DNA of 64,000 bases from Cyanobacteriota bacterium (GTDB lineage Bacteria; Cyanobacteriota; Cyanobacteriia; Cyanobacteriales; Nostocaceae), in contig JBJOKS010000017.1 in NCBI GenBank assembly GCA_046045965.1, forward strand, positions 58,134 to 122,133. Direction: 5' to 3'. The number at the start of each line of letters is the position of its first letter. Position 1 is the first letter of the stretch. Shown here one piece after another: positions 43,401-53,143 of this stretch. The position numbers and the translations under genes were made by a program. The notes under the pieces are model-generated. The model did not search any database, had not been told where the DNA came from, and saw nothing but the letters and a program-made list of their open reading frames with translations.

Positions 43401-43462
43401 TTCAAGCTCGGATAGAAGTTAATAAAACTCAGCAAGGTTCACATTTATCTTTGTCAATTTGA
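40439..43462 (+). CDS. sbcC: SbcC (Rad50-like) exonuclease subunit
   Basis: GSNGAGKS, zinc hook CPLC, YSGGE and IIDEGFG motifs. Confidence 0.93.
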   Translation: MIPVQLILKNFLSYRDATLDFGGLHTACICGSNGAGKSSLLEAITWAIWGESRATVEDDVIYSGAKEVRVDFTFYNNLQKYRVIRTRVRGATSVLEFQIETPAGFRPLTGKGMRATQDVILQHIKLDYETFINSAYLRQGRADEFMLKRPTERKEILAELLKLNQYDQLEERAKDNSKQYKGRVEELERSLDNIKSQLQQRETTKAERAELEVQLNNIQQQQAFDNIQLQSLQVVQHQRQNLEEKFSFVQQQYQNLSQDCDRLHQEQLSVKSQLADLASILNQSAQIQAAYSQYQSLQSQEEAFAAKFEQHTRAISLRQQQQQQLAKQIQSLERQLQQAEAQLEALEQQERELQQTLTKAAEVEPALAQLAAAREHLNFLDQLQIQVNPLLQQRANLQSQLDRIHASLVARLEQLQATENQLQSQNRRQPQLQQAVMDLGMQIEELEKKRVYLQRVQEKGHERRHFIERLQAHQRDYEKLLGELEQKIQMLQNPNALCPLCERPLDEHHWSRVIQKTQLEYEDTQGQFWVVREQMAVSDREIQVLRQEYREISQQLASYDALREQKGQLAAQLQATTDIQAQLQQVAAEKENLELSLQGEYAPDKQAELQQLDEYIQQLNYNEKDHALARSEVERLRKVEIKQAQIKDARKKQAQLTARKPELQASIEEFKAKIQSEQTDSDIARQITSLEQEIKEIAYSSEAHNNIRQGVREFQSWQLRYQQLLSAQQQSPQLQNRLEDLTNAYNSRLADKQNLDSQIDSIMEQLKASANPIEQINDLEQKIAIRRRELDEKIAYLGRLEQRVHQLELLQNQYEQEQEQLEYCKQQQRVYQELAQAFGKNGIQALMIENVLPQLEAETNLLLSRLSANQLHVQFVTQKAGRSGKSTRKNAKLIDTLDILIADARGTRAYETYSGGEAFRINFAVRLALAKLLAQRAGAALQLLIIDEGFGTQDTEGCDRLIAAINAIAADFACILTVTHIPHLKEAFQARIEVNKTQQGSHLSLSI

Positions 43463-43620
43463 TACTCTTCAAATTTAACTTGAGAATAGGCAACTTTATC
43501 AGCCTCAAACCTTTAATTGATATGGGTTTTACATTTTTTCAGCATCCCCTATTTAAACATATTTGCTAATTGGGTAAAACAATTACCCAGTCACCGTCAC
43601 CAGTCACCAGTCACCAGCCC

Positions 43621-44100
43621 CTATTCTTCAACTTTTCTAGTATTACCGGCTCTTACCCAACCTTCTTGATTAGTACCGTCAACACGGATTTTTTGCCAAT
43701 TTTTATCCGGGCTTTCTTCTAAGATAATCACTGTTTGATTAGCACCAACCCCACCCACACTTTGAGCTTCCCGTGATGGGTTCTCTCGCAGACTCAAACC
43801 TTGAGGCCAACTGACAATAGCTTTGTAAGCTCCCGGTGGTAATGAATCAGGTGATTCAGTGGGAGTAGGAGTAGGGCTAGGAGTAGAATTGGGAGTAGGT
43901 TTGGGAGTGGATGTAGCTTTTACTTCAGTGACTTTGGGTTTGTCAGATTTGGGTTGGGGATTATCATTAGCATAAATGGGTTTTGCGGGGGGTATAGCAC
44001 TGCGATTGACAAAATAGAGAGCTACTGTTAATCCGCTACCTAATAAAACAGCGATCGCTAATAAAAAACCAAGTATAAGTTTAAAGAAACCAGAAAGCAT
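43621..44100 (-). CDS. Membrane-anchored SH3b-domain protein
   Basis: N-terminal transmembrane segment, PT-rich linker and GLSLRENP...EGWV. Confidence 0.82.
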   Translation of the reverse strand: MLSGFFKLILGFLLAIAVLLGSGLTVALYFVNRSAIPPAKPIYANDNPQPKSDKPKVTEVKATSTPKPTPNSTPSPTPTPTESPDSLPPGAYKAIVSWPQGLSLRENPSREAQSVGGVGANQTVIILEESPDKNWQKIRVDGTNQEGWVRAGNTRKVEE

Positions 44101-44122
44101 ATTTATATCCTTTAGTTAGTTG

Positions 44123-44300
44123 TCAGGAGTCAGGAGGCAGGAGGCAGGAGGCAGGAGGCAGGAGTCAGGAGTCAGGAGGCAGGAGGCAGGAGGCAGGAGG
44201 CAGGAGTCAGGAGGCAGGAGGCAGGAGGCAGGAGGCAGGAGGCAGGAGTCAAAAGTTAATATTCTCCCCCAGCTTTCCCAGCTTCCCCAGTCCCCAGTCC
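44123..44300. repeat. Long (GGAGGCA/GGAGTCA)n STRR array
   Basis: About 18 tandem heptamers. Confidence 0.92.
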
Positions 44301-44336
44301 TCAGCAAAATATTATTACATTTGGCGTTGAATGCGT

Positions 44337-45848
44337 TCACGTAGTGCGCCGGAGGCGATCGCTCAAAGGATTATGCTTTGAAGCCAAACGCGCCCTACCC
44401 GCAGCAGCCCATTCTTGCAGTTTTTGAATCTGCTCCACCGCAGTTCGCGCCAAAGGTATGATTTGACTAGCAGCTTCTAAAATATCATCGGTGGTGAAAT
44501 CACGATTTTGACTAAATCCGATGTGCATCGCTTCAATTAACGTTTGTTCAATTTCTGCACCGGAAAAATCAGGTGTTTCGTAGGCTAACCTATCAATTTC
44601 ATAGCTCTTCAAATTGTGGGGACGCAATCTGGATAAGTGGACGTTAAAAATGGCTTTTCTCTCTTCTTGAGTAGGTAAACCGACAAAGAAAATTTCATCA
44701 AATCGACCTTTTCGCAGCATTTCCGGGGGTAAGGCTTGAATATCGTTAGCGGTAGAAACAACAAACACAGGGGAAGTTTTTTCTGCTAACCAGGTGATAA
44801 ATGTCCCAAATACCCGGCTAGTTGTTCCCGCGTCACCTTTACTACCCAACCCCGAAAAAGCTTTATCAATTTCATCAATCCACAATACACAGGGTGCAAG
44901 GGCTTCAGCAACTTGAATCATTTGGCGAGTGCGGGATTCCGATTCACCGACTAAACCACCAAACAAACGCCCCACATCTAAGCGTAATAGGGGTAAATGC
45001 CAATGATGGGCGATCGCTTTGGCTGTTAAAGATTTACCAGTTCCTTGAATCCCCACCAACATTAAACCACGGGGGTGCGGTAATCCGTACTGTCGCGCTC
45101 GTTCTGTGAATGAACCACCCCGCCGAATTAACCAATCTTTGAGGTTATCAAGTCCGCCAATATCAGAAATTTGCTCAGTGGCGGGGTAAAAGTCCAGGAT
45201 TTGGGTTTGACGGATAGTTTGGCGTTTTTCCTCCAAAACCAGATCCACGTCCTCTGGTTGTAATTCTCCGTGGGATGCGATCGCTCTAGCTAAAACTCGG
45301 CGTATCCGTTCCATAGATAAACCTTGACAAGAACGCACCAAATCATCAAGGAATTTACCAGTTGGTGAGTTACCAGTAGCTTGTAATAACCGTTCTACCT
45401 CGGTTTTAATTTCTGGTGCTGCGGGTAAGGGAAATTCCACCACCGTCAAAACTTCGGTTAAATCGTCAGGAATAGCGATGCGTGGCGATAATAAAACAAT
45501 ATTTTTCGGTTGAGATTTCAGTAGTCTGGCTAAGTTGCGGAGTTTACGAGAAATGGCGACATCATCTAAAAAACGGTGATAATCCCTCAGAATTAAGACT
45601 GCTGGGGCGGAAGCTGGTAATTTTTCGATAAATTCCAAGGCTTGTAAGGGGTTGCGCTTTCCAAAGCCGACATCGTTGGGGTTTCCTTGATAACCATCGA
45701 CAAAATCCCAGGTATAAACGGGGCGGTTTCCTTGGTTGGTGGCTTCTTCGCGGATAGCGGCTTCTACCCGTTCTTCTTCGTAGGTGGGGATGTAAATGAG
45801 GGGGTAGCGAGCGCGGAGGAGGAGTTTAAATTCGTCGCGGAAGTTCAT
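44337..45848 (-). CDS. ycf46: Ycf46-family AAA+ ATPase
   Basis: GIQGTGKS, LWIDEIDK and RKGRFDE motifs. Confidence 0.88.
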   Translation of the reverse strand: MNFRDEFKLLLRARYPLIYIPTYEEERVEAAIREEATNQGNRPVYTWDFVDGYQGNPNDVGFGKRNPLQALEFIEKLPASAPAVLILRDYHRFLDDVAISRKLRNLARLLKSQPKNIVLLSPRIAIPDDLTEVLTVVEFPLPAAPEIKTEVERLLQATGNSPTGKFLDDLVRSCQGLSMERIRRVLARAIASHGELQPEDVDLVLEEKRQTIRQTQILDFYPATEQISDIGGLDNLKDWLIRRGGSFTERARQYGLPHPRGLMLVGIQGTGKSLTAKAIAHHWHLPLLRLDVGRLFGGLVGESESRTRQMIQVAEALAPCVLWIDEIDKAFSGLGSKGDAGTTSRVFGTFITWLAEKTSPVFVVSTANDIQALPPEMLRKGRFDEIFFVGLPTQEERKAIFNVHLSRLRPHNLKSYEIDRLAYETPDFSGAEIEQTLIEAMHIGFSQNRDFTTDDILEAASQIIPLARTAVEQIQKLQEWAAAGRARLASKHNPLSDRLRRTT

Positions 45849-46052
45849 GATCTAGGTTTTTGGTGGTTTTTGTTATTTTCCTATTTTTAAGGTAATGAAC
45901 CACGTTCGCTTAGCGTCCCGCAGGGATAGACACGAAGGAAGCGAAGGAAGAGGGGAAGAAGGAGAGTTTTGTTTCACGCAAAGGCGCTAAGGAGCAAAGG
46001 AAGAGGATAGCGATGGCTGGATATCTGGCTTTGAATCACAATCTAGACAAGA

Positions 46053-46970
46053 ATGGGAGAACTGGTTATATTAATCACTTGTATCATTCATCAAAACAAG
46101 GAAATTATTTTGACTACCTTTGCTAGTTACAAAGCAACAGCATCTCAGTGGATTACTATATTTGATTCTCCTTTCTATCCAGATTCTTTGGATGAGGCGA
46201 AAATTCTTTATGAGAATGTATTATTGCGTTTTACAGAAGTGGTAGAACAATCTCAAAGTTCTGCAAATTTACTGGAGATTATCACAGAAGAGCCTGATCC
46301 TTTACGAATTCAATTACTTAGAGTCTTTCGCAGATACGTTTCTCCAGATACATCTGTAGAAATGACTAAGAGGAAAAGCAAAATATCTGATATTATTAGA
46401 GATTTTGGTTATAGATTTCGTCCCCTAGAACAAGTTAAACAAAATTTAAATAGTCGTCCTGTACCTGATGAAACTCTCATGGCAATACTTTTAGAACAAA
46501 GTACACGAGGACAAAAAGGTTATGATTTAACAGAAAGTTTTTTCTTATGGTTTAACAAAACATTTAGCAAGGATTATTTAATTCGTGGTCCTGTGCGTGC
46601 TGGAAAAGATGTCATGCTAAATAAAGTATTAGATCATTGGCAAAATAAAACACCTGCTGATATTTTCATATCTCGTTTAGATGGTACTGCCTTAGTAGTT
46701 GGATTTGCTCGTTATGACTCCGATAGGGGAGGTTCTCAAGAAGATGATAGAACAGGTGGTAATCGAGATAAAATTACCCAAATCCTTAATTACAGTCAAA
46801 CTTATAATTTACCATTAAAAGTCTTGATGCTCAATGACGGACCTGGATTACTTCTCGGTTCTATGTGGGATGATTATGCTAACCTGGAACAATATGGACA
46901 AGGTAAAGTTATTGTTTGTACTTTAAAAATGTTAGATGATAGATTTACAAAAGATTGGTTAGAGAGTTAA
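46053..46970 (+). CDS. Type II restriction endonuclease, BstEII-like (start may be TTG 46110)
   Basis: RRYVSPDTSVEM, GFARYDSDRGGSQEDDRTGGNRDK and NDGPGLLLGSMW match my recollection of R.BstEII; convergent with a methyltransferase. Confidence 0.75.
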   Translation: MGELVILITCIIHQNKEIILTTFASYKATASQWITIFDSPFYPDSLDEAKILYENVLLRFTEVVEQSQSSANLLEIITEEPDPLRIQLLRVFRRYVSPDTSVEMTKRKSKISDIIRDFGYRFRPLEQVKQNLNSRPVPDETLMAILLEQSTRGQKGYDLTESFFLWFNKTFSKDYLIRGPVRAGKDVMLNKVLDHWQNKTPADIFISRLDGTALVVGFARYDSDRGGSQEDDRTGGNRDKITQILNYSQTYNLPLKVLMLNDGPGLLLGSMWDDYANLEQYGQGKVIVCTLKMLDDRFTKDWLES

Positions 46971-48258
46971 GTTTAGTATTCCAATCTTTGATAGTTGGTT
47001 CAGAAATTAATTCTAAATTTGGTGATTCTTCAATATAAAAATCTAAGCCTGTTTTCAAAATCCTATTGACTTCAATTAAACTAATTTGTTTATATTGATT
47101 ATTACCATTTTTACCATTAACAAAGTCACCCATTGCTTCACTACCATTAACTAAACGTTTAATGATAGTATCAATAGACAATGGAGAATTATCAATACCT
47201 ATCCATTTTCTTCCTAATTCTTCAGCTACAGCTAAAGTAGTTCCACTTCCTGCAAAAGCATCTAAAACTATATCTCCAGGATTTGAGGAAGCCATGATTA
47301 TTCGTTTCATCAAAGCTGCATTTTTTTCTGTTGGATAACCAGTAATTTTAATATTTTGATTGTGTGCATCTTTAAAATCCAGCCAAATATCTTGAATAGA
47401 AATACCTTGACTATTATCTAAATATACTTTTCTTCTGGGATTACCATTCGCAGACCAATATATATCACCTCTTGCATGCATTTCATCTAAGGTTTCTGGT
47501 GTATATTGCCAATGTTTACCAGGCGGTGGTAACATACCCCTCCAAGGTTGACCGGTTGCTCCTTTTCTTACACCGGGAGCATGAATAGGAACTTTTTTAT
47601 ATAGTCTTCCTGTTGCTTCTTCTACATATTGATACTCTTTTTTAATAGCCTCGTCTGTCCAATTTTCAAAAGGTTGATTCCAAACATAATTATCTGTTTT
47701 AGTATAGAAAAGAATATAGTCGGAAATATTGCCATATTGTTTGCGGGTGTAGTTTTTAGGATTACATTTTTTTCTAGTAATCCAATTCCGAAAATTCTTA
47801 ACTCCAAAAATTTCATCCATGATAATTTTCACAGCAAAAGCCATGTTTTCATCTAGATGTACATAAATAGAACCTGTTTCTGATAAAAGTTCTCTGATTA
47901 AAATTAGACGTTGACGCAAAAATTCTAAATATTCTGCTCCTCCCATGAGATCATGATAAGCATGATTTCTACTACGAGATTCAAAACTAGTACCTGTTGC
48001 ATAAGGTGGATCAATATAAGCTAGGTTAACTTTTCCGTTAACATTCTCATCATTTAATAATGTGATTAGGACGTTTAAGTTATCACCATATATTAATTTA
48101 TTTCTAGGTTCTCTATCAACACTAATTACATGATTTAATTTGGCTGGCTGAATTTTAAATATATCTTCTATAGGTGTTTTACCTTCATACTCAATGCGGA
48201 ATGATGTTATATTTTGTTTCTGATTACGTCCGTTTTTGGTAGGTATTCCTGTTGCCAT
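46945..48258 (-). CDS. Beta-class amino DNA methyltransferase (cognate M)
   Basis: YIDPPY precedes YPTEK and LDAFAGSGTT. Confidence 0.92.
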   Translation of the reverse strand: MATGIPTKNGRNQKQNITSFRIEYEGKTPIEDIFKIQPAKLNHVISVDREPRNKLIYGDNLNVLITLLNDENVNGKVNLAYIDPPYATGTSFESRSRNHAYHDLMGGAEYLEFLRQRLILIRELLSETGSIYVHLDENMAFAVKIIMDEIFGVKNFRNWITRKKCNPKNYTRKQYGNISDYILFYTKTDNYVWNQPFENWTDEAIKKEYQYVEEATGRLYKKVPIHAPGVRKGATGQPWRGMLPPPGKHWQYTPETLDEMHARGDIYWSANGNPRRKVYLDNSQGISIQDIWLDFKDAHNQNIKITGYPTEKNAALMKRIIMASSNPGDIVLDAFAGSGTTLAVAEELGRKWIGIDNSPLSIDTIIKRLVNGSEAMGDFVNGKNGNNQYKQISLIEVNRILKTGLDFYIEESPNLELISEPTIKDWNTKLNSLTNLL

Positions 48259-48390
48259 TTTGATTGATAAGTTTATTATGTTATAATTATACTATTATAG
48301 TATAGTGAAAGTAATAGTACAATTACAATATTTGCGTATGTTACAGAGAAGTAATAATGCTAAAATACAGAAAAACAAGGAGATAAATTA

Positions 48391-48606
48391 ATGACATCAG
48401 GACATTTAGCAATTGTTAAAGACGGGAAAATAGAATTACTCCATCCTGTATCTATCCCAGAAGGAACAAAAGTATTTATTATTCCTATTCTGCCCGAAGA
48501 CAATAATACAGAAGAAAGAGAAGATTGGGAAAATTTTTCTTTAAACAACTTAAATCAATGTTATGCAGAAAATGAACCAGAATATAGTCTAGAATCAATT
48601 AAATAA
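48391..48606 (+). CDS. Small putative antitoxin-like protein (possibly C-terminally truncated)
   Basis: AIVKDGKIELL..PEGTKV N-terminus and an acidic tail; GGAG RBS. Confidence 0.55.
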   Translation: MTSGHLAIVKDGKIELLHPVSIPEGTKVFIIPILPEDNNTEEREDWENFSLNNLNQCYAENEPEYSLESIK

Positions 48607-48718
48607 TATAAACTTTACGAAATAAGATGATTTTTTAATCAAAAGAATAATCTATAAAAAAGCGAACACATAGGGAAGAAATGAGGAATTATCCAGCATT
48701 TCAAACCCTTTAAAAATA

Positions 48719-49225
48719 CTATTCAGGAAGTTGCTTTTTCAAGCTTTGCAAAGCAGACCAACGATTATCAATAATCTCCTCAGAACTACCAGCAACTTTA
48801 TCCAAAATACCAGGACAATTGCGATCGCACAATTGACGCTGAGGAATAGCTAAACACATTTGCTCATACAGCCATTCACTAGGATAAAAATAACCATCAG
48901 GTGCAACCGTTTCCACTAAATCTTCTATAGCCACTTCCATTTCTAAAGGCAAGTGTTCCGTTTGATTAGCCTTTTCATCTAACCAAATAATTTCTTTAGT
49001 ATTAACAGCCAAACGTTGATTATATTGTTGCAAACAGCGATTACAAGTACAAGTAATAATTGTTTCTGCCTGACCGTAAACTTCTAAATAATTACCCTGA
49101 TGCTGCACGCGGATCATTCCACGTACTGGGGTTAAAGTTTCCAGACCAGGCAGAGACTCATTAACTTGAACTTCCTCTGTTCGCTCCGGGGCTTTAGTTA
49201 GCTGCGGAATAAAAATAGCGTCCAT
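48719..49225 (-). CDS. YceD/DUF177 protein
   Basis: CNRCL, LCDRNCPG and DNRWSAL motifs. Confidence 0.88.
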   Translation of the reverse strand: MDAIFIPQLTKAPERTEEVQVNESLPGLETLTPVRGMIRVQHQGNYLEVYGQAETIITCTCNRCLQQYNQRLAVNTKEIIWLDEKANQTEHLPLEMEVAIEDLVETVAPDGYFYPSEWLYEQMCLAIPQRQLCDRNCPGILDKVAGSSEEIIDNRWSALQSLKKQLPE

Positions 49226-49437
49226 AGGATTTGTGAGACATCCTCACGCAAAATTATGATTGATGATCAGCAGAATTGCTGTTAGTACATCTAGAAGAAT
49301 TCAGGAGTCAGTAGTCAGGAGTCAGGAGTAAAAATAGGTGATAAATCAGTAGATTATCAACAAGTGATTTTTGGCGTAATCGTTAAAAATCCGACTGCTG
49401 ACCGCTGATAGCTGAATGCTTATCTTTGATTTTAACT

Positions 49438-49971
49438 CTAATAGCCAGGATCTGTTGGTGGTTCAGTGGCAGGACGCACCACCAAATTCCGATGGGGTTC
49501 TTTACCACGGCTGAAGGTTTCTAAATCAGGAAAGTCCTGCAAAAAGCTGTGAACCTGACGACGTTCCGCCGAACTGAGCGATCTAATTTCCACTTCTCGT
49601 CCAGAAAAACGCACTTCTTGAGCCGCAGTTCTTGCTAAAGCACTAATTTCTGCTTGTCGTCTGACACGGTAGCCATTCAACTCAATGGTATAAGATGCCT
49701 GTTCATGTTCTGGTTGATGCACATTCAGCACGGAATTTGCTAAATACTGCATCGCATCTAGCACCGAACCACCAGCACCAATCAAAACCTTGATTTGTTC
49801 TGGCATCAAATTTGTTTCATCAATGGTCAACCAATAGCTATCAGGTTCTTGAGAGTCTGCCCCAATAGCAGGAGCAGTCCCTAAATTACCTTTAACACCA
49901 GTAGAAATCCCACTGAGTTGCAGCAATTGTGTTAACCATTCTTCACCACGCTGCATGGAAATATCACTCAT
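49438..49971 (-). CDS. jag: Jag/KhpB-like KH-R3H RNA-binding protein
   Basis: LIGAGG, ERRQVH and SRGKEPHR motifs; downstream of yidC. Confidence 0.85.
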   Translation of the reverse strand: MSDISMQRGEEWLTQLLQLSGISTGVKGNLGTAPAIGADSQEPDSYWLTIDETNLMPEQIKVLIGAGGSVLDAMQYLANSVLNVHQPEHEQASYTIELNGYRVRRQAEISALARTAAQEVRFSGREVEIRSLSSAERRQVHSFLQDFPDLETFSRGKEPHRNLVVRPATEPPTDPGY

Positions 49972-49973
49972 AA

Positions 49974-51125
49974 TCAGCCTGTAGCCTTTTTCTTAGAACT
50001 TTTTGGCTCAAAGGGCAAAGTCTTCGCTTCTGCGGTTGCTGCTTCTTTTTCCTTCTCCTGAATAGCCACCAACTTTTGCAATTCCTCTGGTAGAGGTTCG
50101 CGGGAAAGAATGTAGGTTTGCAGAGTTTGGAAAACGTTACCAATCACCATGTACATTAGTACACCAGCTGGCAGAGGGAAGAACAGAAACATCCCGGAAA
50201 AGATCACAGGGGTGATTTTATTAACTGTATCTTGCTGAGGATTACCACCACTGGAATTCTGCCCAGACAGCATTTGGCTCACATAAAGGCTAATCCCAAA
50301 GAAGACAATCATCGCCACAATATCCCAGTGGACTGTGTTATCAGGATCAATTGCCCCAACTCTACCCAAGGCATCAATAAACAAGAATCCTTTGTCTGCT
50401 GCCAGTCCGGGAATTGTACCTTGTATGGTAACATCTCCGGGTTGTAAGGCTTCTATATTGCCATCAGCATCAATTTTGACCCGTTCTTCCCCTTTGGTAA
50501 TTTTCCATTCCGGGGTTAACTTGGTTTCTGGATGTGCTGCCAATAGGGCATCAAAGGGTTTACCTTCTACTGTCTGATATTGAATCTTAGTTTTTTCTCC
50601 CACAGCCAACTTGTTACCACTGGGAAGAATAGCAGTAATTTTTGTGTGTTCCCCATCAGCAATATAAATATTTTGTGGGGGAGTGGCAAAGGCTTGGGGT
50701 TGAATTTGTTCGATTTGTTCGGAGGGGAAGACTTGCAGGTTAACGGAGTAATTAACTCCTGCAAATGGTGAACCCCGCAAAGTAGCAAACAGTGCTAGTA
50801 AAACTGGCATCTGTAATAGCAACGGCAAACATCCTGCTAAGGGGTTGCCAAATTCTTTTTGAACATTGACCATTTCCTCCTGCTGCTTTTGCGGATCGTC
50901 TTTATAACGCTCTTTAATTTCTGCCATCCGCTTTTGCATCACAGGCTGGACAACTCGCATTCTTCGCATACTGCGAATTGAGCCAGCACTCAGGGGGTAG
51001 AGCGCAAAGCGGATTATCAATGTCAAGGCAACGATCGCTAATCCATAGCTGGGAAAAAAACCATAGAAGAAGTCTATGATTGGCAGCATCACGTTGTTTG
51101 AGAGAAATCCGATACCAAAATCCAT
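49974..51125 (-). CDS. yidC: Membrane protein insertase YidC
   Basis: [23 protein letters not shown] and PAGVLMY motifs. Confidence 0.95.
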   Translation of the reverse strand: MDFGIGFLSNNVMLPIIDFFYGFFPSYGLAIVALTLIIRFALYPLSAGSIRSMRRMRVVQPVMQKRMAEIKERYKDDPQKQQEEMVNVQKEFGNPLAGCLPLLLQMPVLLALFATLRGSPFAGVNYSVNLQVFPSEQIEQIQPQAFATPPQNIYIADGEHTKITAILPSGNKLAVGEKTKIQYQTVEGKPFDALLAAHPETKLTPEWKITKGEERVKIDADGNIEALQPGDVTIQGTIPGLAADKGFLFIDALGRVGAIDPDNTVHWDIVAMIVFFGISLYVSQMLSGQNSSGGNPQQDTVNKITPVIFSGMFLFFPLPAGVLMYMVIGNVFQTLQTYILSREPLPEELQKLVAIQEKEKEAATAEAKTLPFEPKSSKKKATG

Positions 51126-51401
51126 TATTCTGAATCCAACCCAAGGTACTGTAAACTGAACTGAATCTAATTTATCTAAATCGTGATTTATTAGCGACTA
51201 ACCTTTGCTACGGATAGCCGCACAATGGGGATTGGTGACTGGGGATTAGGGACTGGGGACTGGTAGATCAAGCAAGGTATTGGGGGAAATCAATGTTTAC
51301 CCTTATGATTCTTGTCTCTAATTCTTGTCCTGCTATCCTACAAACCCCATACATATCCTTTCCCTATTTGATTGGTCTTGATATACACAGTTTAAAAATG
51401 A

Positions 51402-51791
51402 CTACTTGGAAGTAGGAGTATATTGGGGATTTTTGGCAGCAACTTTTTCATTAATGTAGTCATAAACTTCCCGAAAGTTGGGAACTGCCCGCATTTCTAA
51501 CCGAGTGCCGTTTCTGAGAGTAACTACCATATCGCCCCATAAGCCAACACCACGGGGAATTTTGACGACTTTGACGATTTCTGAGTAAATTACGTCAGTG
51601 CGATCGCGTCCCAGCCAACCACCCATGACAGCAATTCGCCGATCTGTGATGCGGAAACGTAACCACAAAGCTCTGATGATCGCGCCAATGGTCAATGGTA
51701 AACCAACCACGGTTAGCCCAATTAATACATTGAGAATCAAATCCCCAATATGGGGGCCACCTTCATAATAAATTTCTTCACGAATACCCAT
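51402..51791 (-). CDS. Bacterial PH-domain protein
   Basis: RFRITDRRI motif; located between rnpA and yidC. Confidence 0.8.
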   Translation of the reverse strand: MGIREEIYYEGGPHIGDLILNVLIGLTVVGLPLTIGAIIRALWLRFRITDRRIAVMGGWLGRDRTDVIYSEIVKVVKIPRGVGLWGDMVVTLRNGTRLEMRAVPNFREVYDYINEKVAAKNPQYTPTSK

Positions 51792-52200
51792 TTATGACCT
51801 CAGCTTTTACCAACAACTGCTCTAATTCTTGCAGAAATTGTTGGCTTACGCACTCAGATTCTGCTGTCTTTTGCTTCACAATCACTACTAGTCGCCATCC
51901 TGGCGATAATTTAGGCAATAATTGATACATTGCATCTGTAATTCGTCTTTTTATGCGGTTGCGAACTACGGCTCTTTTACTGACTTTTGTGCTAATAGAA
52001 ACGCCAATTTTTGTGCTGGCTAAATCTTCACAGCTAGTTGATTGTATGGTCATAGCGCCATCATCCAAAGATGGTTCTTTTGGACGTGACGGTTTTAAAG
52101 CTCTCAAAATGAAATGAGAGCTATGACACCGAATTCCTTCCCGGAAAACCGCCTGGAAATCTTTGCGGGATTTTAATCTATATGCTTTGGGCAAAGCCAC
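51778..52200 (-). CDS. rnpA: Ribonuclease P protein component
   Basis: LPKAYRL and SKRAVVRNRIKR (RNR motif). Confidence 0.93.
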   Translation of the reverse strand: MALPKAYRLKSRKDFQAVFREGIRCHSSHFILRALKPSRPKEPSLDDGAMTIQSTSCEDLASTKIGVSISTKVSKRAVVRNRIKRRITDAMYQLLPKLSPGWRLVVIVKQKTAESECVSQQFLQELEQLLVKAEVINGYS

Positions 52201-52224
52201 AGCTACTCTATTTGCTGGATCTAC

Positions 52225-52359
52225 CTAAACGCTCAAACGATGACGGCCTTTTCTTCTTCTGGCGCTGATCACGTTTCTGCCATCTGGTGTCCGCATTCTG
52301 GCACGAAATCCTGATGTTCTTTTTCTCTTACGGCAAGTACCGCCCAGTGTCCTTTGCAT
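52225..52359 (-). CDS. rpmH: 50S ribosomal protein L34
   Basis: Below the ORF-track cutoff. Manual translation: [44 protein letters not shown]. Confidence 0.95.
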   Translation of the reverse strand: MQRTLGGTCRKRKRTSGFRARMRTPDGRNVISARRRKGRHRLSV

Positions 52360-52453
52360 ACCGTTCTCCTCTTAGACGATTTTTATAAAAAGCCACAATC
52401 TGTTATCTTACCACTTTACAGGCAATAAGAATATATTTCTGGATAGAGTTTCT

Positions 52454-52633
52454 GGGGACCGGGGACTGGTGACTGGTGACTGGTGACTGGTGACTGGTGA
52501 CTGGTGACTGGTGACAGTCAGAAGGGAACAGGGAACAGGGAACAGGTGACAGTGAAGAAGTATTTTCCTCCCCTGCTTCCCCTGCTTCCCCTGCCTCCTG
52601 CCTCCTGCCTCCTGCCTTCTGTTCCCTGTTCCC
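52454..52633. repeat. Mixed STRR arrays
   Basis: GGTGACT, GGGAACA and CCTCCTG tandems. Confidence 0.88.
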
Positions 52634-52636
52634 TTG

Positions 52637-53143
52637 TTAAGTAATACTGATGATCCAAGAGCCGAGATAACGCAGTAGTGGCACATCTCCAGGGGAGAGA
52701 ACTTGGCAGTTGAAGTAGAAAATTCCTCCAAAGGCGGGATTCTGCACGTTAGATAGCACTAACTCAACGCTAGTACCTGCTGGTACTGGTTCTTCAGGAA
52801 ATATCTCAATTACCCGCCCTTCTTTGTCCCATTTCACTTCCGATAGGGGAACGCTTTTCCCGTTGACTTTGACTTCCATCCTTTTGGGATCAAAACTGCC
52901 TTTGTAATAATTAGGGTAAGTAATAGCAAATTGGGCAACTGCCAATTTCATTTTTTTGGCGGGTAGTCTGAGTCTATATCTATCAGTGGACTGTCTTTGC
53001 CCATCAAAATCTAATCGGAAGGGCAGCTGATTTTCTGATTTAACCCCACTAAATAGTGTAAAACCCTGTTGCGCCCAAGTTACAGCCGGAAAACTCGTCA
53101 ACAAACAACCAGTCACAGCTAAGGCAGAAAGTACACGTCGCAT
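52637..53143 (-). CDS. DUF2808 domain secreted protein
   Basis: Signal peptide; FPEEPVPAG and NPAFGGIFYF motifs. Confidence 0.8.
   Translation of the reverse strand: MRRVLSALAVTGCLLTSFPAVTWAQQGFTLFSGVKSENQLPFRLDFDGQRQSTDRYRLRLPAKKMKLAVAQFAITYPNYYKGSFDPKRMEVKVNGKSVPLSEVKWDKEGRVIEIFPEEPVPAGTSVELVLSNVQNPAFGGIFYFNCQVLSPGDVPLLRYLGSWIISIT

Noticed and set aside
44116..44344. ORFs with RRQEAGG/CLLPPAS repeats (also 13635-13895, 16590-16799, 37237-37555, 39056-39346, 52408-52731)
   Set aside because: These are translations of STRR heptamer arrays, not genes.
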